From the NCBI RefSeq assembly GCF_000025685.1, contig NC_013966.1, positions 390,001-422,000 on the forward strand: a stretch of DNA of 32,000 nt. The letters run 5' to 3'. A model generated the notes under the pieces. That model saw only the letters and a program-made list of their open reading frames with translations, did not search any database and was not told the DNA's origin. Below are positions 25,096 through 32,000 of this stretch, piece by piece (position 1 is the stretch's first letter; each line of letters begins with the position of its first letter). A program made the position numbers and the translations under genes. This DNA is from Haloferax volcanii DS2 (lineage in GTDB: Archaea; Halobacteriota; Halobacteria; Halobacteriales; Haloferacaceae).

Positions 25096-25510
25096 GGGGC
25101 ACGGTCACGGGGCCGGGTCGGGCCGGGTGCAGCCACCCGATGCCGGTCAGCCCCGAGGGCGGGCCTGCGAGCGCTCGGCCCGCGACCGGGCCGTGACCGA
25201 GACCGGGGTGGCTGCATCTTCACCAGCCGTTGCGGCGGCGCTCCCTCGATGCGGTCGCGCCACCGGCCGGCTGGCTCAGACGTGGCCGCTTGCGCGGTCC
25301 GGGCGGGCTGCTCGCCGTTCGGGCACTTGCCCTCACCCTCGTTCGCCCGGGCTGCGGTGGCTACTGGGGGCTCGCCGTGCTCACCCCCAATATGCCACGG
25401 TCCGGGGCTCACTCAGGGCTGGCTGTGCGGCCTGCCGGGCATGCGCTCAAACCCGGCCGCGACGAGCTGTGGGTCCGCGGGCGTCCAGCCCGCACCGGGC
25501 TGCCGCACGA

Positions 25511-25537
25511 GGCGTTTCCGTTGCGTCTGCGACGGAC
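25511..25537 (+). repeat. direct repeat copy 2 inside the GC-rich tract
   Basis: The sequence is GGCGTTTCCGTTGCGTCTGCGACGGAC, identical to copy 1 at 26/27 positions apart from a 7 nt indel. The copies are 442 nt apart and fall in different reading frames. Confidence 0.6.
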
Positions 25538-25805
25538 AGGTGTCGGCGAGGCGCCGACCCGCGGTGACCGGCTGGGTATATGGTGGTGACCGCGCGCTCA
25601 CCTCGAGGTTCACCCCCCGAACTTGTCTGGGGGGGCGCCGTCGGTGCCGCGCCGCGCCGGACAGGGTCCGGCGTGAAGGCGCGGCGCGGGCACCTCGGTG
25701 ACGGCGTCATCGGTTGACGTCGGAGCCGTGGCTCAAGTGTTGGTTCGTGAGAATCCCGCGAGTGAGGTCGCGGGCGTCGGCGCGTTAGCGCCTTCAGGAA
25801 CAACG

Positions 25806-26705
25806 ATGTCTAGTAACAACTCCAGTCGAAAGGTAGTTTCGGTGGCTGAACAGGCGTTCGAGCAAGCGGATGAGACGACAGTCGACGAAGACGGGTTCGA
25901 GGTCGTCGACGAGACGCCGACGTTTCAGGCGACGGTGCAACAGGAGATCCAAGCAAAGGTGGATGCGAACCACCCAGATGGGATCGCAGACACGAGCGAC
26001 GAGCGGATTGACGGGGTGACGTTGGCCCAAGAAGAGCGCATTCGAGCGCGGGAAGCGGAACTCGAACGGATTAGTGCCCGTGCGGAACTGGGGTCGCAAG
26101 AGGGTCGTGAGGCGCGGTCGCGGGTGATTGCGGCCGAGCGGAGCGCTGGGCGACGGCGGCAGTTCCAGAAGCGCGCGGCAAGTGTGAACCCGATGGCGGA
26201 CCCCGACCGGGCGGATCCCCGGACGGAGCTAACCCAAGCACAGTTGGGCGCAGTGAACTCTCAGGCAACACGGTTGGCGGAGAAGCTGGATGGGTGGTCA
26301 CGAGCGGCGATCAGTCGGCGGCTGAGCGAGGCGGTGTTGGGTGGCAAGGACATGATGTCGGCAACTGTGAGCGTGTTCGAGGAACTCGAAGGCGCACCGG
26401 GGACGATGGTGCCGATCGGGAAACTGGAGGGCGTGTCGCGACGCGAGGTGTGCGTTGAAGGGACGCTGACGACAGTGTGGGAGTCGGAGTCGCCGGCGAT
26501 TCAGCAAGCGGGGCTCCTCGAAGACGAAAGCGGGCAGGTGAAGCTGACGAGTTGGAAGGCCTCGGACGTGCCGTGGATTCGCGAGGGCGAACGCGTGCGG
26601 ATTCACGGAGCGGCGCGGAACTGGTACGATGGGCGCGTCTCGGTGGCGCTGACGGGGTGGACGACCGTGATGTTCCCCGAGCGCGACGCTTGGTGGGACG
26701 CCTAA
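25806..26705 (+). CDS. OB-fold nucleic-acid-binding protein (acidic N-terminus, basic/coiled-coil middle, C-terminal OB fold)
   Basis: I prefer ATG 25806 (MSSNNSSRKVV); the track start is 25698. The C-terminus VCVEGTLTTVWESESPAIQQAGLLEDESGQVKLTSWKASDVPWIREGERVRIHGAARNWYDGRVSVALTGWTTV has the beta-strand pattern of an RPA/tRNA-anticodon-type OB fold. The middle is Arg/Glu-rich (REAELERISARAELGSQEGREARSRVIAAERSAGRRRQFQKR). A hand-counted line (26101) is about 78% G+C. Confidence 0.7.
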   Translation: MSSNNSSRKVVSVAEQAFEQADETTVDEDGFEVVDETPTFQATVQQEIQAKVDANHPDGIADTSDERIDGVTLAQEERIRAREAELERISARAELGSQEGREARSRVIAAERSAGRRRQFQKRAASVNPMADPDRADPRTELTQAQLGAVNSQATRLAEKLDGWSRAAISRRLSEAVLGGKDMMSATVSVFEELEGAPGTMVPIGKLEGVSRREVCVEGTLTTVWESESPAIQQAGLLEDESGQVKLTSWKASDVPWIREGERVRIHGAARNWYDGRVSVALTGWTTVMFPERDAWWDA

Positions 26706-26804
26706 CGGCGCGCGGCGGCCTTCTTTTTTGCTGGTGGCCGGGCCGACCCAGACCCCACCGCCCCACCCTCCGCTCCGTGCTCGCAGACGCTGCGCGCGCA
26801 GCCA

Positions 26805-26843
26805 CGACCTCTAGAACTCTTTTTCGACGTCACGGTGAGGATT
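26805..26843 (+). repeat. right copy of imperfect direct repeat flanking the GC-rich cassette
   Basis: The sequence is CGACCTC-N21-CGGTGAGGATT. It begins 2 nt after a perfect 14 bp palindrome, GCTGCGCGCGCAGC (26789..26802). GC content drops sharply from here on. Confidence 0.45.
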
Positions 26844-26929
26844 GGTGCCTTCGATATTCTCCAATGAAAGTGACCGTTAAACTGGGGTATCACTATCATG
26901 ACTATTACCCTGTCTCCCCACCGACTAGC

Positions 26930-28084
26930 ATGCTTCGGGGGAACCAACAAGGGCTGAATCGACGACAGGCACTCCGAATTTTGGGGACCTCATTTGCGAT
27001 TGGAACTGCAGCTCTCCGCACGGGACGCCCCGTTGCTGCTCGTGCAGCAACAGAGCCGTCGTGGCCGACGTTCCAGTTTGACAATGGTCGGTCTGGATAT
27101 AACCCGCATGGGAGACGGCCCACAGGCAAACTCACAAAAGTATGGGAGACGACCGACGGATCATTCTCGAGTAGTCCAGCCGTCGTCGGAGAACTACTTT
27201 ACCACGGGACAGCCGCGAATGGTCTCTTCGCCTACGATGTCGCTGATGGGTGCATCGTCTGGAACAGTCCAACCAACGGGCGAATCGCCCCCTCAAGACC
27301 AACTGTAGCGAACGGAGTCGTCTATATTGGCGATTGGGAGCATATCTTCTACGCATTCGATAGCGCTACTGGGAGTGAACTCTGGCGCTACGATGCTGGT
27401 GCGATACTTAATCATGATTCAGTTGTTTCTGATGGGGTGGTGTATTTTAGTGACGCGAATGGGGTTATTCACGCGATTTCAGCAGCTGACGGGACTCCTA
27501 TCTGGAGTCTCGACACCGGCTTTGGAATCACATCACTTGCGATGAGTGATGGGAGTATTTTCTTCGGGGGGTCTAATTCACGGATCTCTCGGCTCGACGC
27601 AGCAACTGGCGTGGTCGAGTGGTCTCACCCTGTTCCGTACTCTCCACGACACATTGTCCTCGTCGATGGGATTGTGTATGTTGGTGGCTGGCCGTATCTC
27701 GCGACCTACGACGCAGCAGATGGAACAGAACGTTGGCGTGTCTATGTCGGGACAATTACCAACTCACCAGCGATCTCTGATCGACTCATCTATCTTGGCT
27801 CTACCAACAACCAACTACTCGCATTTGACCGAGCGACTGGTGAAGAACAATGGGCCTTCAGCGTTGGTGACCACCCGATTCAAGGAATTGTCTCGTCGCC
27901 TGCTGTTGTCCAAAACCGTGTGTATTTCGGCGGCTACGACAGGTACGTATACGAACTCCATGCACGGACAGGTAAGCTGATGTGGTCATTCGACACCGGT
28001 ACTGAGATCACGGGATCGCCAGCTGTGGTTAATCGCCGTCTGTATATTGGGAGCCGCTTGGGTGGTATGTACGCATTCGGTTGA
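26930..28084 (+). CDS. Tat-secreted PQQ-like (BamB-like) beta-propeller repeat protein
   Basis: I prefer ATG 26930; the track ORF starts at 26477 and overlaps the OB-fold gene. MLRGNQQGLNRRQALRILGTSFAIGTAALRTG is a twin-arginine signal. Repeated ...G.(V/I/L)Y.G(S/D)....(L/I/V)YA(F/I/Y)D..TG...W blades follow. A hand-counted line (27421) is about 45% G+C. Confidence 0.85.
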   Translation: MLRGNQQGLNRRQALRILGTSFAIGTAALRTGRPVAARAATEPSWPTFQFDNGRSGYNPHGRRPTGKLTKVWETTDGSFSSSPAVVGELLYHGTAANGLFAYDVADGCIVWNSPTNGRIAPSRPTVANGVVYIGDWEHIFYAFDSATGSELWRYDAGAILNHDSVVSDGVVYFSDANGVIHAISAADGTPIWSLDTGFGITSLAMSDGSIFFGGSNSRISRLDAATGVVEWSHPVPYSPRHIVLVDGIVYVGGWPYLATYDAADGTERWRVYVGTITNSPAISDRLIYLGSTNNQLLAFDRATGEEQWAFSVGDHPIQGIVSSPAVVQNRVYFGGYDRYVYELHARTGKLMWSFDTGTEITGSPAVVNRRLYIGSRLGGMYAFG

Positions 28085-28110
28085 TGAACAACACCGACTC
28101 TATACTGGAC

Positions 28111-28302
28111 TCACAGTTCACCACCGGTTTTGTCGGCGGGTAAAATCGACGATCTAAGTCTAGTGGGCTCTGTTGAAACCCTCAGCCGCTGATCGTTTGT
28201 TGAGGATGTGCTGCATGTCGAGCGTGTATCTCGCACGAACCCACCGATTGCCCGTTGGCGGTTTCTGCCTTTGACTGCGAGTTCTAGGGTCAGTGATTCC
28301 AT
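28111..28302 (-). pseudogene. decayed paralog (N-terminus only) of the HTH_10 regulator at 29256..29897
   Basis: ATG 28302 gives MESLTLELAVKG, which parallels MKSITLEISVEG of the 29897 gene with mostly third-position nucleotide differences. After about 12 codons the product becomes basic junk. It has the same conserved upstream element as the intact gene. Confidence 0.35.
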
Positions 28303-28321
28303 AGCTTGGACTCTCTGGAAG

Positions 28322-28383
28322 ATAATAAACGAGCCTCTCGGAGTGAGGCAGCGCTGATAGGGAATCTCCACTCGGACTATGAT
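28322..28383 (-). promoter_or_regulatory. conserved promoter/upstream element, copy A
   Basis: This 62 nt stretch aligns without gaps to 29921..29982 at 44/62 identities, counted by hand. On the minus strand it contains TTTATTAT about 20-27 nt upstream of ATG 28302, a TATA box at leaderless spacing. It is followed by about 50 nt of conserved upstream sequence including GCCTC-N7-GAGGC. Confidence 0.5.
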
Positions 28384-28385
28384 TG

Positions 28386-28919
28386 ATGACCAGTACGACG
28401 AAGGCTACGGCTGATCTCGGCCGTGGCTACGCACAGGCACTCGCCACTCGACTCAGAGCAGTTCCCGCCCTCGCATGGATTGCCGCGGCTGTCGGCGGGT
28501 TCCTCGGGAGCGTCCCGCTTGGCCTGATGATGCAGTACGGGAACCCCGAACCCTTAATCGCGCTCGCCCTGCCGATGATGTACGGCCTCCCCGGGCCAGA
28601 CCTGCTCGCTGGATGGGTGATTCACCAGTTCCACGGCGTCGCACTCGCAGTGATGTACGTCGCCGCCGTCCAATGGGAACCACTCACCGAGTACCCAAGG
28701 ACGCTCCGTGGAGCCGTCGTCCTCGCAGTTGTCGTCGGCGCTGTTTCGACGGTGCTGCTCTCGGTGCTATTGATGCCGCTTTGGCTCGGTGCAGTCGGCT
28801 ACCCGTTCACGCCGGCGTTCCCCGATCTTACGATGCCCGAGAAGCTCTGGAGTATCCTCGGTCATGTCATCTACGCGCTCCCAGCAACGGTCGGGTACGC
28901 GCTCGTCATGAGGCGGTGA
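28386..28919 (+). CDS. integral membrane protein (about 4 TM)
   Basis: The product is 177 aa from ATG 28386 (the track gives TTG 28383). Hydrophobic segments include PALAWIAAAVGGFLGSVPLGLMM, GVALAVMYVAAV and AVVLAVVVGAVSTVLLSVLLMPLWLGAV. It is divergent from the decayed regulator. Confidence 0.7.
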   Translation: MTSTTKATADLGRGYAQALATRLRAVPALAWIAAAVGGFLGSVPLGLMMQYGNPEPLIALALPMMYGLPGPDLLAGWVIHQFHGVALAVMYVAAVQWEPLTEYPRTLRGAVVLAVVVGAVSTVLLSVLLMPLWLGAVGYPFTPAFPDLTMPEKLWSILGHVIYALPATVGYALVMRR

Positions 28920-29012
28920 GGCCCCTGTACTTGTTGAGGACATCTCCCTTGGCCTCCTCTCCTCGCCGGATTTGCAGCGCTGTTCGCCGGTGTTGGCGCG
29001 TCCGTGACGAAG

Positions 29013-29171
29013 ATGCGGCCGAGCGACACTCCTGGGGCTGTCGACTGGGCCGCAATGGTGTTGCTCGTCGGCACCGGTATCGGTCTGAGTTCGCTTGGGA
29101 CAACACAGTTCCTGTCTGGTGCGGGATTTGGGACGGAGATGCTTGTCCTCTCGGGGATTTCGTACGGATAG
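29013..29171 (+). CDS. possible small membrane protein (52 aa)
   Basis: This ORF is not in the track. It gives MRPSDTPGAVDWAAMVLLVGTGIGLSSLGTTQFLSGAGFGTEMLVLSGISYG; GTG 29004 is an alternative start. The open frame extends upstream to 28938 with another hydrophobic stretch (LLAGFAALFAGVGASV) but no start codon. Confidence 0.25.
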   Translation: MRPSDTPGAVDWAAMVLLVGTGIGLSSLGTTQFLSGAGFGTEMLVLSGISYG

Positions 29172-29255
29172 ACATCGAGATTCTCTAGTTAGCTCCTTGA
29201 GCAATGTGTGATTCTCGGGTGTCTAGATTGGTCAGTAGAACTTTCGAAAATACAG

Positions 29256-29897
29256 TTATCTGATAAGTGCAGAGAAAACACGTTGTTCGACTTTTCGGAG
29301 ATGCTCGCTCACAGTCGTAGTTGCGACACCAATCTGAGTCGCAATCTTCTCGTGAGTGGTTCCTCTCGGTGTTTCGTAGTATCCCTCCTCAACTGCCAGA
29401 GTGAGTACCTCTACCTGGCGCTCAGTCAATAGTGAGATGATCACATTCTCCCCTGGCTTACGCTCTCCCTTTCTGAGGAGGGTGAGTTCAATATCTGATG
29501 GAATTTCCGAGATGACACGATGAAGCGTTTGTTCATCTCCGCTCATCGTGATCTTGAGTCCATCATCAGTATGTGTTATGGGTGTCTCGAACACGATTCC
29601 GTGTGACCGGGCAAGAGAGAAAAATTCACGAATCGGCTTGAGTGGGCGACCGTGGATGTACACAAGCCCACTTCCGTTCTCTGGCACATCACAGGAGATG
29701 ACCTCTTTGTGGTCCGTGAGGTATGTTCTCACCTGATCGAGGTCGCCTCGAAGATGGTAGAGCAGAATAATCGTCCCATCTTTGAGAATAGTAACGTGGT
29801 GCAGCGACTCACGGATTATCGACGGATCCGCTGCGAGTAACTGATTCGCCGGGTGGAATCCGCCTTCGACTGAGATCTCCAGCGTAATCGACTTCAT
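29256..29897 (-). CDS. HTH_10 (bacterio-opsin-activator-type) transcriptional regulator
   Basis: The 213 aa product has the C-terminus LTERQVEVLTLAVEEGYYETPRGTTHEKIATQIGVATTTVSEHLRKVEQRVFSAL, the classic haloarchaeal HTH_10 domain. The N-terminal region has the GGFHPANQLL…LYHLRGD pattern of this regulator class. Confidence 0.85.
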   Translation of the reverse strand: MKSITLEISVEGGFHPANQLLAADPSIIRESLHHVTILKDGTIILLYHLRGDLDQVRTYLTDHKEVISCDVPENGSGLVYIHGRPLKPIREFFSLARSHGIVFETPITHTDDGLKITMSGDEQTLHRVISEIPSDIELTLLRKGERKPGENVIISLLTERQVEVLTLAVEEGYYETPRGTTHEKIATQIGVATTTVSEHLRKVEQRVFSALIR

Positions 29898-29920
29898 GAG
29901 ATTACTCCGATTTCCTTTGA

Positions 29921-29982
29921 CTAATAAATGAGCCTATCTAGGTGAGGCAATGCTGACATACAAATTCCACTCTAACGATAAT
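29921..29982 (-). promoter_or_regulatory. conserved promoter/upstream element, copy B
   Basis: See copy A (28322..28383). On the minus strand, TTTATTA lies about 24-31 nt upstream of ATG 29897. Confidence 0.5.
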
Positions 29983-30092
29983 TTGCCTCATGAAAAGACA
30001 AAGCCTTGGTTGGCGTCAGTTCCATATTAGACCGTTATGGAGAGCAGTATCTCCTCGATCTGTAAGTAACCGTACGAGTGGAGAGATTTGAG

Positions 30093-30746
30093 ATGGGTGT
30101 TCGAATCAGCGAGTCCGAGAGCGTTCCCGCCACGTTGCGTAGCCGAGACGCAATTCTTCCTGGAGTGATGACGGTGATCTTGGTTGCGACCTTTACCTAT
30201 CTCTCCCCAGGGTTATCACTGATCACCACGTTCGTTCCTGCTATTATTCTCGCATACGTGTGCTATTTATTAACGAGCTTTCAACGAATGCCTGATCCAA
30301 GTCGGGTGCTCCCCGTCTACTTGATCGCATTTGCTGTCCAGTTCTTACACTTCGCCGAGGAGTTTTCGACCGAATTCTACACCCGCTGGCCGGTTGAGGT
30401 TTTCAACGCAGCCCCGTTCGAGCTCACGACGTTCGTTCAGATCAATATGGTCTCATACGCTGCGTTCGCTCTCGGTGCGGTCGCCATCCACCGTGGTATC
30501 AAGGGTCCAATGCTCATCGTCTGGTTTTTCACCCTTATGGGGGTCATCGGAAACGGCGTTCTACATCCCATCTATCCGATCCTCGCGACCGGCGAGTTCG
30601 GCTACTTTCCCGGACTCTATACGTCCGTCATCTATCTGATTTTAGGCCCGATCCTGTTTCGTCGTCTGTGGGAAGTCCGAAGCGATAGTGGTAGTGCTGT
30701 GAACCATGACGTTGAGACGAACAGCAACACTGGGAGTAGTCAATGA
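30093..30746 (+). CDS. HXXEE domain-containing membrane protein
   Basis: FAVQFLHFAEEF is the HxxEE signature, and there are about 5-6 TM segments. I prefer ATG 30093; the track gives GTG 30078. Confidence 0.8.
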   Translation: MGVRISESESVPATLRSRDAILPGVMTVILVATFTYLSPGLSLITTFVPAIILAYVCYLLTSFQRMPDPSRVLPVYLIAFAVQFLHFAEEFSTEFYTRWPVEVFNAAPFELTTFVQINMVSYAAFALGAVAIHRGIKGPMLIVWFFTLMGVIGNGVLHPIYPILATGEFGYFPGLYTSVIYLILGPILFRRLWEVRSDSGSAVNHDVETNSNTGSSQ

Positions 30747-30806
30747 GACCTTTCAGCGACCGAGATACTGTAGAAACAATGAAACACCAAGCAGGAGTCG
30801 TATCCA

Positions 30807-31511
30807 ATGTCGAACAAGGTAACTAGTATGAAGTTCGTCGACTTGAGTCACACGTTCGAAGACGGGATGCCGGGGTTCCGTCAAAAGAACGATGACGGGA
30901 CACACACGGAGTACACTGCAGATGTATATCCGTTTTTCACACACGAGGAGTCTCGGGAGAAGTACGAAGGCAAATCCGCGTTCGAGGTTACCGAAATGCG
31001 GTTCCAGACGTCCATGGGAACGTATCTAGATTCACCGTATCATCGACATCCCGAGGGTCGTGACATCAGTGATCTTGACATCGGCGAGCTGGTACTTCCT
31101 GGGACGGTCGTCGATGCTCGTGGGCTTGCTGGCAACGAAGAATTGACTGTTGACGCACTTCCCCAGGAGTCTGCCCTCGCAGGTACCGCCGTCCTGTTCA
31201 ATTTTGGATGGGACGAACACTGGGGCACAGAGCAGTACCGATCCTACCCATACATCTCTGAGGCCGTCATTGAGAGACTAATCGATGCAGATGTTTCTCT
31301 GGTTGGCGTAGACACGCTAAACGCCGACGACCACCAGAACCCCGCCCGCCCGGCCCACACTCGACTCCTTGACGAAGAGATCTTCATCGTCGAGAATCTC
31401 TGCAACCTTGATTCGCTCGGTGGTGAGTCATTCCGATTCTTCGCTGTGCCGATCAAAGCCAAAGACACTGCTGCAATGCCCATCCGTGCGTTTGCCGAAG
31501 TTGACCAGTGA
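30807..31511 (+). CDS. cyclase family protein (kynurenine/aryl-formamidase-like)
   Basis: The 234 aa product shows the putative-cyclase fold pattern in MKFVDLSHTFEDGMPGF…THEE…GTYLDSPYHRHP…LVGVDTLNADD…HTRLLDEEIFIVENLCNL. ATG 30828 is an alternative start. Confidence 0.85.
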   Translation: MSNKVTSMKFVDLSHTFEDGMPGFRQKNDDGTHTEYTADVYPFFTHEESREKYEGKSAFEVTEMRFQTSMGTYLDSPYHRHPEGRDISDLDIGELVLPGTVVDARGLAGNEELTVDALPQESALAGTAVLFNFGWDEHWGTEQYRSYPYISEAVIERLIDADVSLVGVDTLNADDHQNPARPAHTRLLDEEIFIVENLCNLDSLGGESFRFFAVPIKAKDTAAMPIRAFAEVDQ

Positions 31512-31627
31512 GACGAGAAGTCGGTATTCGCAATGTGTGGCAAAGATACTGGCCGGATTAAGCGATTTAAACAGCACGTTCCCCCACTAGTTGTCTGTCA
31601 TCCCAGCTCCCCGTCTCGTAGCAGCAG

Positions 31628-31912
31628 TCAGGTGGTCAGTTCGCTGGTATACTGTTGTTCCCAGTCGTCACGGGCTTCGATTTCTCGACGACCGCGAGCT
31701 GTAATCGCGTAGACGTTCGTTCGGCGGTCCTTTTCGCCTTTGTCGAGCAGTCCCTTCTCAACGAGCGTGTCGAGGTTGGGATACAGCCGGCCGTGGTGGA
31801 TCTCGGTTTCGTAGTAGTCCTCGAGTTGGTCTTTGATTGCGAGTCCGTGTGGTTCATCCAAGCCGGCGGTGACGTACAGCAGGTCGCGTTGGAACCCGGT
31901 CAAGTCGTACAT
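31628..31912 (-). CDS. PadR family transcriptional regulator
   Basis: MYDLTGFQRDLLYVTAGLDEPHGLAIKDQLEDYYETEIHHGRLYPNLDTLVEKGLLDKGEKDRRTNVYAITARGRREI is the typical PadR winged helix. The track start 31960 adds a Cys/Ile-rich leader that I discount. Confidence 0.85.
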   Translation of the reverse strand: MYDLTGFQRDLLYVTAGLDEPHGLAIKDQLEDYYETEIHHGRLYPNLDTLVEKGLLDKGEKDRRTNVYAITARGRREIEARDDWEQQYTSELTT

Positions 31913-32000
31913 TTTGCTGTCCGCAGCTAGTTTAAGAATACATATACATTTGTTGGCCATCGGCCGGGTTTCAGAGTGACCTCGCTGGACGAACGTTTAT

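Larger units (their letters stand above)
24991..25805. other. ORF-free, extremely GC-rich tract (candidate structured RNA, origin/iteron region or decayed sequence)
   Basis: Three 60 nt lines counted by hand (25081, 25141, 25261) are 78-82% G+C. All six frames are open only because stops are rare, and every predicted product is Arg/Pro/Gly/Ala junk with basic composition, unlike the acidic proteome elsewhere in the window. Confidence 0.5.

Noticed and set aside
25103-25216. Interleaved inverted repeats in the GC tract: GGTCACGGGGCCGGGTCG with CGACCGGGCCGTGACC, and TGCAGCCACCC with GGGTGGCTGCA. Together they suggest a pseudoknot.
   Set aside because: My rough estimate is that about 0.5 perfect 11 bp inverted repeats are expected by chance in 750 nt at this base composition. 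The pairing is therefore not significant without comparative support.
24918-25803. Six overlapping ORFs of 66-239 aa within the GC-rich tract, e.g. 24982..25701(+), 25001..25567(+), 24918..25412(-) and 25447..25803(-)
   Set aside because: All are Arg/Gly/Pro/Ala-rich and strongly basic with no recognisable motif. The internal 27 nt repeat falls in different frames in its two copies. The open frames are explained by stop-codon scarcity at about 80% G+C. I cannot fully exclude an unusual protein.
26477-26929. The N-terminal 151 codons of track ORF 26477..28084, and similar long N-terminal extensions of ORFs at 9008, 25698, 19948, 3881 and 31960
   Set aside because: The extensions overlap upstream genes or intergenic DNA and have junk composition. 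An internal ATG is followed at once by a recognisable N-terminus: a Tat signal, a HyuB start, a PadR helix and so on.
28917-29171. The membrane-like frame 28938..29171 is in the same frame as the upstream membrane gene, separated from it by two TGA codons (28917, 28935). This hints at readthrough or a split gene.
   Set aside because: Two stops within 21 nt make readthrough implausible, and sharing a frame has a 1 in 3 chance. I kept it only as a low-confidence small ORF starting at 29013.
1-32000. Search for CRISPR arrays, rRNA genes, intact tRNAs and integrase/recombinase genes
   Set aside because: I saw no regularly spaced 25-40 nt direct repeats, no rRNA-like segments, no foldable cloverleaf, and no tyrosine or serine recombinase motifs in any listed or self-translated ORF. 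The accessory region therefore has no visible integration machinery within this window.

Overview
The coding style points to a haloarchaeal (class Halobacteria) replicon: high G+C, very acidic proteins, twin-arginine signal peptides and many overlapping start/stop codons. The window has three parts.

(1) 1-11.8 kb is an ordinary-looking uptake and catabolism cluster. It holds a divergent, partial HyuA-like hydantoinase/oxoprolinase gene, a five-gene Dpp/Opp-type ABC importer, a translationally coupled hyuA-hyuB-cupin unit and an Lrp/AsnC regulator.

(2) About 11.9-28.1 kb is a mosaic accessory region with strong compositional swings.
- Three paralogous copies of a winged-HTH/coiled-coil gene. 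One is truncated, one heads an operon with a DUF6516/TumE-like gene and a SWIM zinc-finger gene, and one is divergent from a double zinc-ribbon gene.
- A Doc-toxin cassette with non-canonical neighbours, including a small gene interrupted by an in-frame TAG.
- A large Fic protein with repeated AT-rich operator-like sites.
- An IS630-family element that cleanly splits a small gene.
- A low-GC gene for a double-PH/SHOCT protein.
- An ISH3-family element with a frameshifted transposase and no target duplication.
- Directly next to that IS, a roughly 1.8 kb cassette of about 80% G+C. It consists of about 0.8 kb of ORF-free sequence with internal repeats plus one OB-fold protein gene, and is bracketed by imperfect direct repeats.
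- A Tat-secreted PQQ-like beta-propeller gene.

(3) 28.1-32 kb holds small regulators (HTH_10/Bat-like, PadR), membrane proteins (one HXXEE-domain) and a cyclase/formamidase-family gene. It also contains a duplicated promoter-plus-N-terminus module of the HTH_10 regulator.

I found no rRNA, intact tRNA or CRISPR array. The most unusual candidates are the ultra-GC-rich OB-fold cassette, the wHTH/TumE-like/SWIM operon and the Doc cassette. All functional calls rest on motif recognition by eye, and no database search was run.
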